A stretch of 41,152 bases of DNA from a virus: the IMG/VR virus record IMGVR_UViG_3300009320_000045, positions 1-41,152 of that record, one strand, 5' to 3'. The translations under genes and the position numbers were made by a program. Shown here piece after piece: positions 14,416-22,127 of the stretch. The notes below the pieces were generated by a model that worked only from the letters and a program-made list of their open reading frames with translations, was not told where the DNA came from and made no database searches. The first letter of the stretch is position 1. Every line of letters starts with the position of its first letter.

Positions 14416-14880
14416 ATGACGAAAGAGCTGGTGCTTCGTACCGTCCTGTTCGGTGCCTGTCGAGATCGAATCCCTGATGTTGGAACACCCATAAGTAGGC
14501 TTTCCCAAAGTGATCTAATTTGGGGGGAACGGATCTTGACCAAGAAAGAGAGAGCATCACTTGTAATTCCGGTTTGGTGCTCCGGCGACGGCTACGGCTA
14601 CGGCTCCGGCTCCGGCTACGGCTCCGGCTACGGCTCCGGCTCCGGCTACGGCGACGGCTCCGGCGACGGCTCCGGCTACGGCTACGGCTCCGGCGACGGC
14701 TACGGCGACGGCTACGGCGACGGCTACGGCTCCGGCTACGGCTACGGCTCCGGCTACGGCGACGGCTACGGCTCCGGCTACGGCTACGGCTACGGCTACG
14801 GCTACGGCTACGGCTACGGCTCCGGCAATAGCGCTATAGAAAAAACATTAGGTAAACTCTTTGGTAAGAAGAAACCTTGA
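14416..14880 (+). CDS. Gly-Tyr-Ser-Asp low-complexity repeat protein
   Basis: ATG 14416 lies just after the previous stop, with AGAGG upstream; an alternative start is 14395. A 55-aa N-terminal domain is followed by 41 X-Gly dipeptides and then a basic tail, NSAIEKTLGKLFGKKKP. Confidence 0.7.
   Translation: MTKELVLRTVLFGACRDRIPDVGTPISRLSQSDLIWGERILTKKERASLVIPVWCSGDGYGYGSGSGYGSGYGSGSGYGDGSGDGSGYGYGSGDGYGDGYGDGYGSGYGYGSGYGDGYGSGYGYGYGYGYGYGYGSGNSAIEKTLGKLFGKKKP
14581..14826 (+). repeat. 41 tandem hexanucleotide units NNC-GGC (TAC, TCC or GAC followed by GGC)
   Basis: Read directly: 21 TACGGC, 13 TCCGGC and 7 GACGGC units, uninterrupted, with no synonymous codon variation. Confidence 0.95.
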
Positions 14881-15343
14881 GATTTTTACTGCCGCAGTTT
14901 TTCTCTGCATGGCAGTAAATGCTTTCGCTTTACGCCCTCTTAATTGGGCAGAGGTCGGTCTGGAGGAAACCCAGGCGGAGACAGCAGCTCAGTTCACAGA
15001 GTGGTTGAGCAGAGAGCATAACGTGCAGTGGATCAGCATTAGCTTGGACGACAGAAAGCGTAACATCCACCTGCACGTTGGGATCTCTGAACCGTTTGGA
15101 GGTCTGAAAATAAGTGAGATATTCTATGAGTTGTTCAAGCGCTGGCATGTCCATGAGGCATTCAGGCATCTTTGGCTTCACCCAAGAGCTTCTACTGTTG
15201 AGCCGACAGGCCAGCTTCTCTATGATCGTAAGGCAGGGCAGAGACCGGAGTGGGATTCTTACTTGAAGTGGCTGGAGCCGTTGCTGGGGATGGGTGCGGA
15301 GGCGGGGTTGGAGGAACCGAGCTATAGTTTGAGGGATTTTTGA
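14861..15343 (+). CDS. hypothetical protein, probably exported
   Basis: The TTG start at 14861 gives MVRRNLEIFTAAVFLCMAVNAFA|LRP, a signal-peptide-like N-terminus. An alternative start is ATG 14909. Confidence 0.5.
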   Translation: MVRRNLEIFTAAVFLCMAVNAFALRPLNWAEVGLEETQAETAAQFTEWLSREHNVQWISISLDDRKRNIHLHVGISEPFGGLKISEIFYELFKRWHVHEAFRHLWLHPRASTVEPTGQLLYDRKAGQRPEWDSYLKWLEPLLGMGAEAGLEEPSYSLRDF

Positions 15344-15570
15344 TGAAGTTCTCAATCGAGTGCGAGATGAAGGATCGGTGGGTACCACACTTCCTAGCCA
15401 TGCTGAAGTATATGCAGGTACTAGGCAATTTTGGTGGCAGCAGAATGATAAGTTTCTACTCAGATGGAGATGGTGATTTCAACCCGAAGTTTTCTTGGGA
15501 TGAGTGGCTACCATCTGATGCAGAACCTATCTCTGATAGGGACGGGGACAGAACATACGATGCAGGATGA
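15343..15570 (+). CDS. hypothetical protein
   Basis: ATG 15343 overlaps the previous stop (TGATG). 75 aa. Contains KFSIECEMKDRWVPHFLAMLKYMQVLGNFG. Confidence 0.65.
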   Translation: MKFSIECEMKDRWVPHFLAMLKYMQVLGNFGGSRMISFYSDGDGDFNPKFSWDEWLPSDAEPISDRDGDRTYDAG

Positions 15571-15596
15571 GGGATTTCTAACAAAGGAGAAGAAAA

Positions 15597-15722
15597 ATGA
15601 ACAGATTTCTTTGGTACAGAATATTTCGGCAACGCTTCTATTGTGGGAATAATCTACATAACACACTACCTCGATGGATTAGCAACTTAGTGGGCTGCGA
15701 TTGTCCAGGGCTGTATTCATGA
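15597..15722 (+). CDS. micro-ORF, 41 aa, Cys/aromatic-rich (below the ORF-track cut-off)
   Basis: AAAGGAGAAG RBS 4 nt upstream of ATG 15597. The stop overlaps the next ATG (ATGA at 15719). Confidence 0.45.
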   Translation: MNRFLWYRIFRQRFYCGNNLHNTLPRWISNLVGCDCPGLYS

Positions 15723-15967
15723 CCCCAACTAAAGAAGCGGTGGAGAAGGCGAGGGAGATCGTTACACAATACCCACCAGTAGGGCAGCATGAGTTTGTCA
15801 GAGAAGGTTGTTATGTCCGGGTAACACAAGAGGGCATTACCAAAGCCGTCGCCCTCGCCCTCACCGAATCCCACGAAGCTGGACGGAGGGATGAACAGGA
15901 GAAGTGGCAGTACACCCTTGCCTACTTGACAGATGAGGACATGGCTACACCAGAAGGGTGGATGTGA
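15719..15967 (+). CDS. hypothetical protein
   Basis: ATG 15719 is an internal start of ORF-track 15701..15967, coupled to the upstream micro-ORF. 82 aa. Confidence 0.55.
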   Translation: MTPTKEAVEKAREIVTQYPPVGQHEFVREGCYVRVTQEGITKAVALALTESHEAGRRDEQEKWQYTLAYLTDEDMATPEGWM

Positions 15968-16006
15968 TCGTAAGAGACAGGGTGCCGAATTTTAGTTGGG
16001 GCAAAA

Positions 16007-16189
16007 ATGAATAGACCACGATGCGATACCCAAGAGAGCAAGCGCATTGCCAAGACCATCCTATTCGCAGCAATAGTATTTTTGCTTGGGTTTTATTTGG
16101 CGAATAGCATCATCACCGTTAAGTGGATCGGGCAGGGGCGCTGCCCGGAATGTGGCAGACCATATCAATCACAGGAGCAAACAAAATGA
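16007..16189 (+). CDS. small membrane protein with a C-terminal CxxC
   Basis: 60 aa. TM segment ILFAAIVFLLGFYLANSII, then CPECG. Confidence 0.5.
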   Translation: MNRPRCDTQESKRIAKTILFAAIVFLLGFYLANSIITVKWIGQGRCPECGRPYQSQEQTK

Positions 16190-16434
16190 CAGAGAAGCAG
16201 CAGACGATGAAGGGAATCGACACCCCAATTGCCAAAGCGTGCGACGCTTATCTGGATCTCACCGGGCAGGTTGAGGGCTTGAAGAATCAACAGCTAGAGA
16301 TCCAGCAGAGAATCATCGAACACTTAAAAGCTGGCGGGAGGAGGTCAGTAATCCACCAGGGGTACAGATTCTGCGTCAAGGATATTGAGGCCAAGACGTT
16401 GCTCTCGGTCAAGGAGGCGCCGGCCGCTGAATGA
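16186..16434 (+). CDS. hypothetical protein
   Basis: ATG 16186 overlaps the previous stop (ATGA). 82 aa. Confidence 0.6.
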   Translation: MTEKQQTMKGIDTPIAKACDAYLDLTGQVEGLKNQQLEIQQRIIEHLKAGGRRSVIHQGYRFCVKDIEAKTLLSVKEAPAAE

Positions 16435-16775
16435 GCGAAACCGATCTAGTCAACGCTTGTCTTTTCCTGCTGCGGACCCTGGATATTGAAGCGTGGCGGC
16501 AGCAAGCAGGAGGTATACTTGTTAAGGGGAGCCAGGGAAGGCATTGGGTCCGGCTCGGTCCGGCCGGGGTGTCCGACATCACCGGCATCCTTCCCGATGG
16601 GCGCCGGCTGGAAGTTGAGTGCAAGCGGCCGGGCAATCGTCTGACTAAAGATCAGATGGAGTTTCAGCAGATGATCCAACGCAACAACGGAGTGGCCATT
16701 ACTGTCTATAATGCAAAACAGCTTGGGGTACTTCTTACTCAACTATCTGGAGGGGAAAAATGCGAATCAGCATAA
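16431..16775 (+). CDS. VRR-NUC domain nuclease
   Basis: GVSDITGILPDGRRLEVECKRPGNRLTKDQMEFQQMIQRNNGVAITV gives the D..ExK..Q layout of VRR-NUC. ATGA coupling. Confidence 0.7.
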   Translation: MSETDLVNACLFLLRTLDIEAWRQQAGGILVKGSQGRHWVRLGPAGVSDITGILPDGRRLEVECKRPGNRLTKDQMEFQQMIQRNNGVAITVYNAKQLGVLLTQLSGGEKCESA

Positions 16776-17017
16776 TTGCAATTGCCTTGGCGCTTCTCAT
16801 GTGCGCGCCGGCATATGCGCAACCAAAGACCGAAGGCGAAATACTTAAAAACCTTCGCGAGTCAAAGAGCCGGATTGAACAGGTACTTGCAGAACTCAAC
16901 CAACAGCGTATAAAATATCAGAGGGATTATCTCAAGGTGCTTGGCGCAATCGAGGTCCTTGAATCGCTGCGCCGGCAGGAGATTGAGAAAGCCATTGAGG
17001 AAAAAAGTGGCGAATAG
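16760..17017 (+). CDS. small secreted coiled-coil protein
   Basis: GGAGGGG RBS. Signal peptide MRISIIAIALALLMCAPAYA|QP. The remainder is heptad-like. Confidence 0.65.
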   Translation: MRISIIAIALALLMCAPAYAQPKTEGEILKNLRESKSRIEQVLAELNQQRIKYQRDYLKVLGAIEVLESLRRQEIEKAIEEKSGE

Positions 17018-17507
17018 AAAACCCCACAAAAAACATAAAAAGCATGAGTATAAGCGCAAGAATGCGCACGGCAAAAATGACGTAGGCCGCAAGATCATCT
17101 ACACCCGCAAGTATGTCCTGGATGAATTACAGCTTGTCCTTACTCGCCTCCTTGCCGATAAGCCCGAGGCCACCCTGAATGGTCCCAAGCGGAGTATCTA
17201 TTTCATATCCGCCCTTTTTGAGGACCGCCCCTATTCCTCGGATATGTTCAACAGATGGCCGAAGATGTTTAAGGGTGACGAGGAGATCGAAAACCTCATC
17301 GCCAAAGTTAAGGACATTCTTGCGGGGCGCGCTTGGAACGACGGCATTCGCGGAATCCTCAGTACCGGAATGTGTAAGTTCCACCTCATCAATAATTGCG
17401 GCGCCCGGGAGATTGAAAGGGTAGATGTGTCTGGCCGCCTGGATCACTTCGGCTTCATGCGCGAGGTTATCCAGAAGGCAAAAGGCGATCCGGAAGCCGG
17501 AGATTAA
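17007..17507 (+). CDS. basic DNA-binding protein, possible terminase small subunit
   Basis: GTG 17007 with GAGG 6 nt upstream. Lys/His-rich N-terminus. GRKIIYTRKY and the C-terminal MCKFHLINNCGAREIER loosely resemble HTH-type TerS proteins (GRPxxY..FWLKNRxxxxWRD). The similarity is weak. Confidence 0.4.
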   Translation: MANRKPHKKHKKHEYKRKNAHGKNDVGRKIIYTRKYVLDELQLVLTRLLADKPEATLNGPKRSIYFISALFEDRPYSSDMFNRWPKMFKGDEEIENLIAKVKDILAGRAWNDGIRGILSTGMCKFHLINNCGAREIERVDVSGRLDHFGFMREVIQKAKGDPEAGD

Positions 17508-17513
17508 ATTGGC

Positions 17514-17542
17514 TTGACTTCTCCAGATTGTGATAGGATATT
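17514..17542 (+). promoter_or_regulatory. possible sigma70-type promoter
   Basis: TTGACT (17514..17519), a 17-nt spacer, then GATATT (17537..17542), in the 98-nt gap in front of the secreted-protein/Wzy_C gene pair. Confidence 0.35.
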
Positions 17543-17573
17543 TCCACAGCACAGCAACAAGGAGAACTTGGGG

Positions 17574-17609
17574 ATGTTTCACACTTCAATAGGCAGGAGG
17601 AAGCTATGA
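17574..17609 (+). CDS. 11-codon upstream ORF (leader peptide MFHTSIGRRKL)
   Basis: AAGGAG lies 9 nt upstream of ATG 17574. Its TGA overlaps ATG 17606 (ATGA). The AGGAGG RBS of the downstream gene lies inside it. Confidence 0.3.
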   Translation: MFHTSIGRRKL

Positions 17610-18331
17610 AGCGTTGGCTATTACTTACAGCTCTGATCCTCGGTCTTGCAGCTAGTCCGGCTGCCGCCGTTGTGAATGTTCAAGAAAGCGGTGTGGATCA
17701 AGGTGATGCTGTTCACCTTAATTTCAGCGAAAACTTTGATGTCACAGGCGACTATTCTACTAAGGAAGTTGCCTTTTCCAGCACCGATGCAAGCCGGATT
17801 ATCACATGGGCGCCGGATGAGTTCATGCTGGCTACCCACCCAACCGATAACGCCGGTGAGTGTCGCCGCTACACAGCACTTTCCACTTCTACGACACCTG
17901 GATTTGAGATCACCACATCCGGCACGACCCATGTGACCGGTTTTATTTCATGGTCTGACGGTGAAGATAGTCCGGTCCAAAAGAAGTTCCGCGTTCCCGC
18001 TGATTACCGATCTGGCGGTGCCTTCCGCGTACTGGTTGGAAGAAACAATACCGATGCCGGCAACAACCCGCCAGCAATCGATTACGCAGTATATGTTGAC
18101 CAAACCAATACCGCCCTCGACACCACCGCAACCAATCAAACCGCCTCTGCTCTTTCGGCAGCTAACTCAGATGGATCGCCGGAGGAAAAGACGCTCAGTG
18201 TTTCTACCGACTTCGCGTCACTGGCAGCGGGTGACTATGTTACCGTCGAGTTTTGGCGAGATGATGTCAACACTAGCACGGATGACCTGCGTTTGTATTA
18301 CGCAGAATTCTATTATTCAGCTAACGAGTAA
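17606..18331 (+). CDS. secreted beta-rich protein of unknown function
   Basis: AGGAGG RBS. Signal peptide MKRWLLLTALILGLAASPAAA|VV. 241 aa, rich in T/S/D/N. Confidence 0.7.
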   Translation: MKRWLLLTALILGLAASPAAAVVNVQESGVDQGDAVHLNFSENFDVTGDYSTKEVAFSSTDASRIITWAPDEFMLATHPTDNAGECRRYTALSTSTTPGFEITTSGTTHVTGFISWSDGEDSPVQKKFRVPADYRSGGAFRVLVGRNNTDAGNNPPAIDYAVYVDQTNTALDTTATNQTASALSAANSDGSPEEKTLSVSTDFASLAAGDYVTVEFWRDDVNTSTDDLRLYYAEFYYSANE

Positions 18332-18345
18332 TTCTTCCTGCTAAG

Positions 18346-19542
18346 GTGGCTCCCCGACGGCACCGAGGGATGGCAACTTTCCTCGGTGCCGTTCTCCTTT
18401 TAGGAGTCATTGGTTTTGTTCCAGAAGCTCAGATCCCCATCCGTTCCGGCAAGCAAGCCCTTGTCGATCTTGGCCTAGTGTTTGGTCTTGGATTCCTACT
18501 CCCTTCTCGCTGGCTCAAACTTTTTTATTGGTGGTCATTGCTGGTGCTTTGCAAAAGGTTCACCCCGCATTCCCTCCTGGTTTTCTATACCCTCTCCATT
18601 TACCTTTTCGTTTTCTCCTTCGCGGTCCGCAAGGTTACGGAGGACCACTTAAATCTCATTGCTCGATGGATCCGCGGAATCACCATCTTCCAGTTGCTTT
18701 GGATGGGTCTGCAATTTTTCAACATGGATCCCATTTTTGTTGATGTCATGCCACCGGGAATGGACCCGCAGTATTGGGATCCAACCCGCCCCACCATCAC
18801 AGGTTTCTTGGATAACAGCATGTTGGCCGGATCCTACCTAGCGGTTGTCTCTCCCTTCTTTTTGCAGGGGCGGTGGAAATGGTTTTTGCCGGTTGTCTTG
18901 GGTGGGATTCTGATGGCCGGCTCAGAGGGGGCATTCCTCACAGCTATATTGATCCTTGCCTGGACCTGCTGGAGAATGTTCCGGCTGTCCGAAAAGCTAA
19001 AGACCTTGATGATGTACGGCACAATCTTCATCTGCACAGGGGTCCTCTACTACGAATGGGCGCACTGGCTTGTCGTTCAGGAGAACTCCAGGTTTTTCAT
19101 TTGGGAGAAAACAAAGGACCTCATCATGCTGGACAAGTTCATGCTGTGGACAGGATGGGGGTGGGGGCAATTCAGCGTTGCCTTCCCGGGGCTAGTCAGG
19201 CATTGGGAGATCGCGCCCTCGCACCTAAGCTGGACCCATACCCACAACGATTTCTTGCAGCTGTGGTTTGAGGCCGGCCTGATCGGGCTTGTCCTTGCCT
19301 GTGGCTTCATCGTTCAGACACTCCGGCCGGCGCTGAGGCGCATGGATCCCATCTGCACCGCTTGGACCGGATCCCTCCTGGGCTGGCTGCTGATAGCCGT
19401 CTGGTCATTTCCGGCGCAGACCGCCGGGCTGAATGTGGTAGGATTGATATTGTGGATCGGGGTTTTTGTTTTGGGGAAAGGAGAATGCCATGCCTGTAAC
19501 AGTTCGCAAGGGCAGCGGGGAGCGCCCCTGGAAGATAGTTGA
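18346..19542 (+). CDS. Wzy_C-domain membrane protein (O-antigen ligase / polymerase / O-oligosaccharyltransferase family)
   Basis: About 10 hydrophobic segments. WTHTHNDFLQLWFEAGLIGLVL matches the Wzy_C signature (HxHN-x-[FY]Lq..e.G..G). The start is uncertain: GTG 18346 or ATG 18370. Confidence 0.7.
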   Translation: MAPRRHRGMATFLGAVLLLGVIGFVPEAQIPIRSGKQALVDLGLVFGLGFLLPSRWLKLFYWWSLLVLCKRFTPHSLLVFYTLSIYLFVFSFAVRKVTEDHLNLIARWIRGITIFQLLWMGLQFFNMDPIFVDVMPPGMDPQYWDPTRPTITGFLDNSMLAGSYLAVVSPFFLQGRWKWFLPVVLGGILMAGSEGAFLTAILILAWTCWRMFRLSEKLKTLMMYGTIFICTGVLYYEWAHWLVVQENSRFFIWEKTKDLIMLDKFMLWTGWGWGQFSVAFPGLVRHWEIAPSHLSWTHTHNDFLQLWFEAGLIGLVLACGFIVQTLRPALRRMDPICTAWTGSLLGWLLIAVWSFPAQTAGLNVVGLILWIGVFVLGKGECHACNSSQGQRGAPLEDS

Positions 19543-19648
19543 GGTAGCGTCAGGCAAGGTAGTTGGATCTTCAACGAGTAAAGCAGATGCCGAAGCAAGT
19601 GCTAGAGCGAGGAACGCCGCCCACAGGGAAAAGACGTTGCTATCTTGA
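19490..19648 (+). CDS. small basic protein, 52 aa
   Basis: AAAGGAG RBS precedes ATG 19490. MPVTVRKGSGERPWKIVEVASGKVVGSSTSKADAEASARARNAAH. It overlaps the 3' end of the Wzy_C gene. Confidence 0.55.
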   Translation: MPVTVRKGSGERPWKIVEVASGKVVGSSTSKADAEASARARNAAHREKTLLS

Positions 19649-19650
19649 CA

Positions 19651-21144
19651 ATGGTTGAATCCGAGTTGACCGAAGTTGAGAAGCGTCAGCTTATTCGCAT
19701 TGTCCGGCGCGCGCGCGGGAATCTAGTCCACTACCGCAAACACCTACTGACCAACGAGGAGGCCGACGAATTACCCTCGGCTCCCTTCCACAAGCCCCTT
19801 TCGGATATCCTTCTCCTTGAGCAAGACAATTTCGCAATCGAAGCGTTCCGAGAATCCGCCAAGACCACCTACGCTATCCGGACCTACTGCATCCACGCGC
19901 TTCAATTCCCGCGACCGGAATCCGACTATATCGTAATCATCAAGAAAAATACCTCACAGGCCAGGAAACGCCTCAAGCAGATTGAGCGGGAATATCTTAC
20001 CAACCGGATCGTGTCCGGCAATCTCCATTCTATCGTTGAGCAATCGGGTGACGCCTTCGAGATCAAGGCATGGGATGAAAACGGAGAGCTTCACAGCGTC
20101 CGCATCGAGGCATACGGCAAGGGGGCATCCATCCGGGGTTTGGCGGACCGAGAGCGCCGCCCCAAAATTGTTATTCTTGATGACGTTCAGGACAAGGAGG
20201 ATGCCCAATCTGAAACGGTGCAGGAAACCGATTGGGATTGGTTCCTCTCAGATGTTAAGTTCCTCGGCAAGCGAAGCAGGATCTTCCTGATCGGTAACAA
20301 CCTCGGAGAGAAATCCATCATCGAGCGGGTAATCTCTCAGGACATCGACTTGCGCTTTCGGAAGATGAAGATCCCCATCGTCAATGATGATGGTAGCTCG
20401 GCGTGGCCGGAATATATGGACAAGGAGGAAATTGCCGAGGAGAAGGAATCGTACCGCAAGCTCGGCAAGCTCGACATCTGGTTCTTGGAGCGGATGTGCG
20501 AAGCAATCAGCGATGAAACGCGGGAGTTCCGCCGAGAGGATTTCCGGTACTACGGATCCATCCAGAAAGCTCCGGAACTGTCCAGGCAGGGCAACGTCTA
20601 CGTCCGCACGGACCTTGCGATTTCAGAAAAGAAGAAAGCCGACTACTCTGTGATTGAAGCCTTTGTGGTGACGCCGGAAAACCACTGGTTCATTCTCGAT
20701 GTCCTCTATGGCCATTGGGATCCCTACACCATGCTGGACTTGCTCTTTCAGGTAGTCACACGATGGACCCAATCCAGCGGCAGACAGATCTGCAATGTGG
20801 GATTCCCGCAGGTGGCCTATGAGAAAGCGTTTACCGCAATGGTTGAACATGAGAAAAAACGTCGCAACGTCTTTTTTAATACCATGGCACAGAAGCAGGA
20901 GCTTCAAAAGGAGCTACGGATTAAAGCGCTCCAGCCGCGCTTCCGCGCGCACACCATCTTTTTTCCTGATGAGGCTCCCTGGCTGGCCGAATTGGAGAGC
21001 GAGCTTTTAATGTTTCCCAAGGGTCTGCGTGATGATATTATTGACACAATGGCGAACAATGACCAGGAGATCCAGGTACCCATTGGGCAAGTAGCAGAGG
21101 CGAACCTGCCACGCTACGGCATATCGGATGCGGCATTGATTTGA
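19651..21144 (+). CDS. terL: terminase large subunit
   Basis: ATG 19651; ORF-track 19645 is a TTG. Walker-A-like FRESAKTT, Walker-B KIVILDDVQD and a C-terminal nuclease-like region (DLAISEKKKADYSVIE). Size and position fit TerL. Confidence 0.8.
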   Translation: MVESELTEVEKRQLIRIVRRARGNLVHYRKHLLTNEEADELPSAPFHKPLSDILLLEQDNFAIEAFRESAKTTYAIRTYCIHALQFPRPESDYIVIIKKNTSQARKRLKQIEREYLTNRIVSGNLHSIVEQSGDAFEIKAWDENGELHSVRIEAYGKGASIRGLADRERRPKIVILDDVQDKEDAQSETVQETDWDWFLSDVKFLGKRSRIFLIGNNLGEKSIIERVISQDIDLRFRKMKIPIVNDDGSSAWPEYMDKEEIAEEKESYRKLGKLDIWFLERMCEAISDETREFRREDFRYYGSIQKAPELSRQGNVYVRTDLAISEKKKADYSVIEAFVVTPENHWFILDVLYGHWDPYTMLDLLFQVVTRWTQSSGRQICNVGFPQVAYEKAFTAMVEHEKKRRNVFFNTMAQKQELQKELRIKALQPRFRAHTIFFPDEAPWLAELESELLMFPKGLRDDIIDTMANNDQEIQVPIGQVAEANLPRYGISDAALI

Positions 21145-21153
21145 GGAACCAAT

Positions 21154-21435
21154 ATGTGTACCGGCATTGAAATTGCACTGATAACTGCTACTGTTGCAGC
21201 AACCACTACAAGCGTCATTGCTGCCACGAAAAAACCCCCCTCCTTTGAACCTGCCTCCATTTCAGCGCAGCTGCCACAAGCCGAGCCGGTGGTTCCAGAG
21301 CCGGCAAAGATCATGGAGGACGCGCGGGAGGAAGCCAGAAAGCGATTAAGGGCAAGGACAAAAACGATTCTGACATCTCCGGTTGGCTTGGTGGCAGAAC
21401 CGGATATTAGCAGAAAAACGCTCCTGGGAGAATGA
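21154..21435 (+). CDS. small protein, MC-start / KTLLG-end paralogue 1
   Basis: 93 aa. MCTGIEIALITATVAATTTSVIAA (hydrophobic), then RKRLRARTKTILTSPVGL..RKTLLGE. Confidence 0.6.
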   Translation: MCTGIEIALITATVAATTTSVIAATKKPPSFEPASISAQLPQAEPVVPEPAKIMEDAREEARKRLRARTKTILTSPVGLVAEPDISRKTLLGE

Positions 21436-21884
21436 GGGTACGCCCACTTGAAAGAGGAGATATTGAAGGGACCATTGATCTCGCAGAGGAGATGTGGAAG
21501 GAATCCCCGCGTTACCAGAACCGGGACTTTTCCAGAGACAAGCTCTATAAGTTCGGGGAATCAATACTCCGCAACCCTCTATTGTGTGGGTTCGTTGCCG
21601 TCAACGGTGACAAGCTCGAGGGATTCTTTATCGGAGCTATTACAGAGTATTTTTTTGGATGCGAGAGAATCGCATCTGATTTTGCTCTTTTTGTGCCTCA
21701 TAGCCGGCGTGGAGGAATCGCTGCGATCATGCTGATTAAAGCGTATGAATCATGGGCGCGTTCCCACCACGTTGCTGAAATCAGTTTGGGGACCACAACG
21801 GCAGTTGACGAAGAAAGAACGGTGTCGTTATACAAAATGCTTGGATTCAATCCGGTTGGTACTGTCTGCAAGAAGATAGCTTGA
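21432..21884 (+). CDS. GNAT-family N-acetyltransferase
   Basis: ATGA coupling. 150 aa. FVPHSRRGGIAAIMLIKAYESWA (acetyl-CoA R/Q-x-x-G-x-G/A region) and LYKMLGFNPVG are typical GNAT motifs. Confidence 0.7.
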   Translation: MRVRPLERGDIEGTIDLAEEMWKESPRYQNRDFSRDKLYKFGESILRNPLLCGFVAVNGDKLEGFFIGAITEYFFGCERIASDFALFVPHSRRGGIAAIMLIKAYESWARSHHVAEISLGTTTAVDEERTVSLYKMLGFNPVGTVCKKIA

Positions 21885-21896
21885 AAGGAGATCACC

Positions 21897-22124
21897 ATGT
21901 GTGGAGGAGGGGGAACTGATCCTAGCCGGAGCGTACCAAGGCCTCCGGTTACTGTGCCAGCAGCGCAGCAACGGCAACTTCCAGCGGAAAAAAAGAAACC
22001 TACCGCAGCAGAAGAAGAAACCCGACGGAGAGCAAGAGGGCGCCGGGCAGGGACGCTTCTGACCGGAGGAAGCGGCCTTTCTAAAGAGCCGGCAACAAAG
22101 GGGAAAACTCTCCTGGGAGCATAA
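21897..22124 (+). CDS. small protein, MC-start / KTLLG-end paralogue 2
   Basis: AAAGGAG RBS. 75 aa. MCGGGG, then RRRARGRRAGTLLTGGSGL..KGKTLLGA. Confidence 0.6.
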   Translation: MCGGGGTDPSRSVPRPPVTVPAAQQRQLPAEKKKPTAAEEETRRRARGRRAGTLLTGGSGLSKEPATKGKTLLGA

Positions 22125-22127
22125 TCC

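Noticed and set aside
14520-14831. 103-aa ORF translating to (RL)n
   Set aside because: It is an alternative frame of the hexanucleotide repeat. The frame giving the Gly-Tyr-Ser-Asp protein has a proper N-terminal domain and a start context, and it continues past the repeat.
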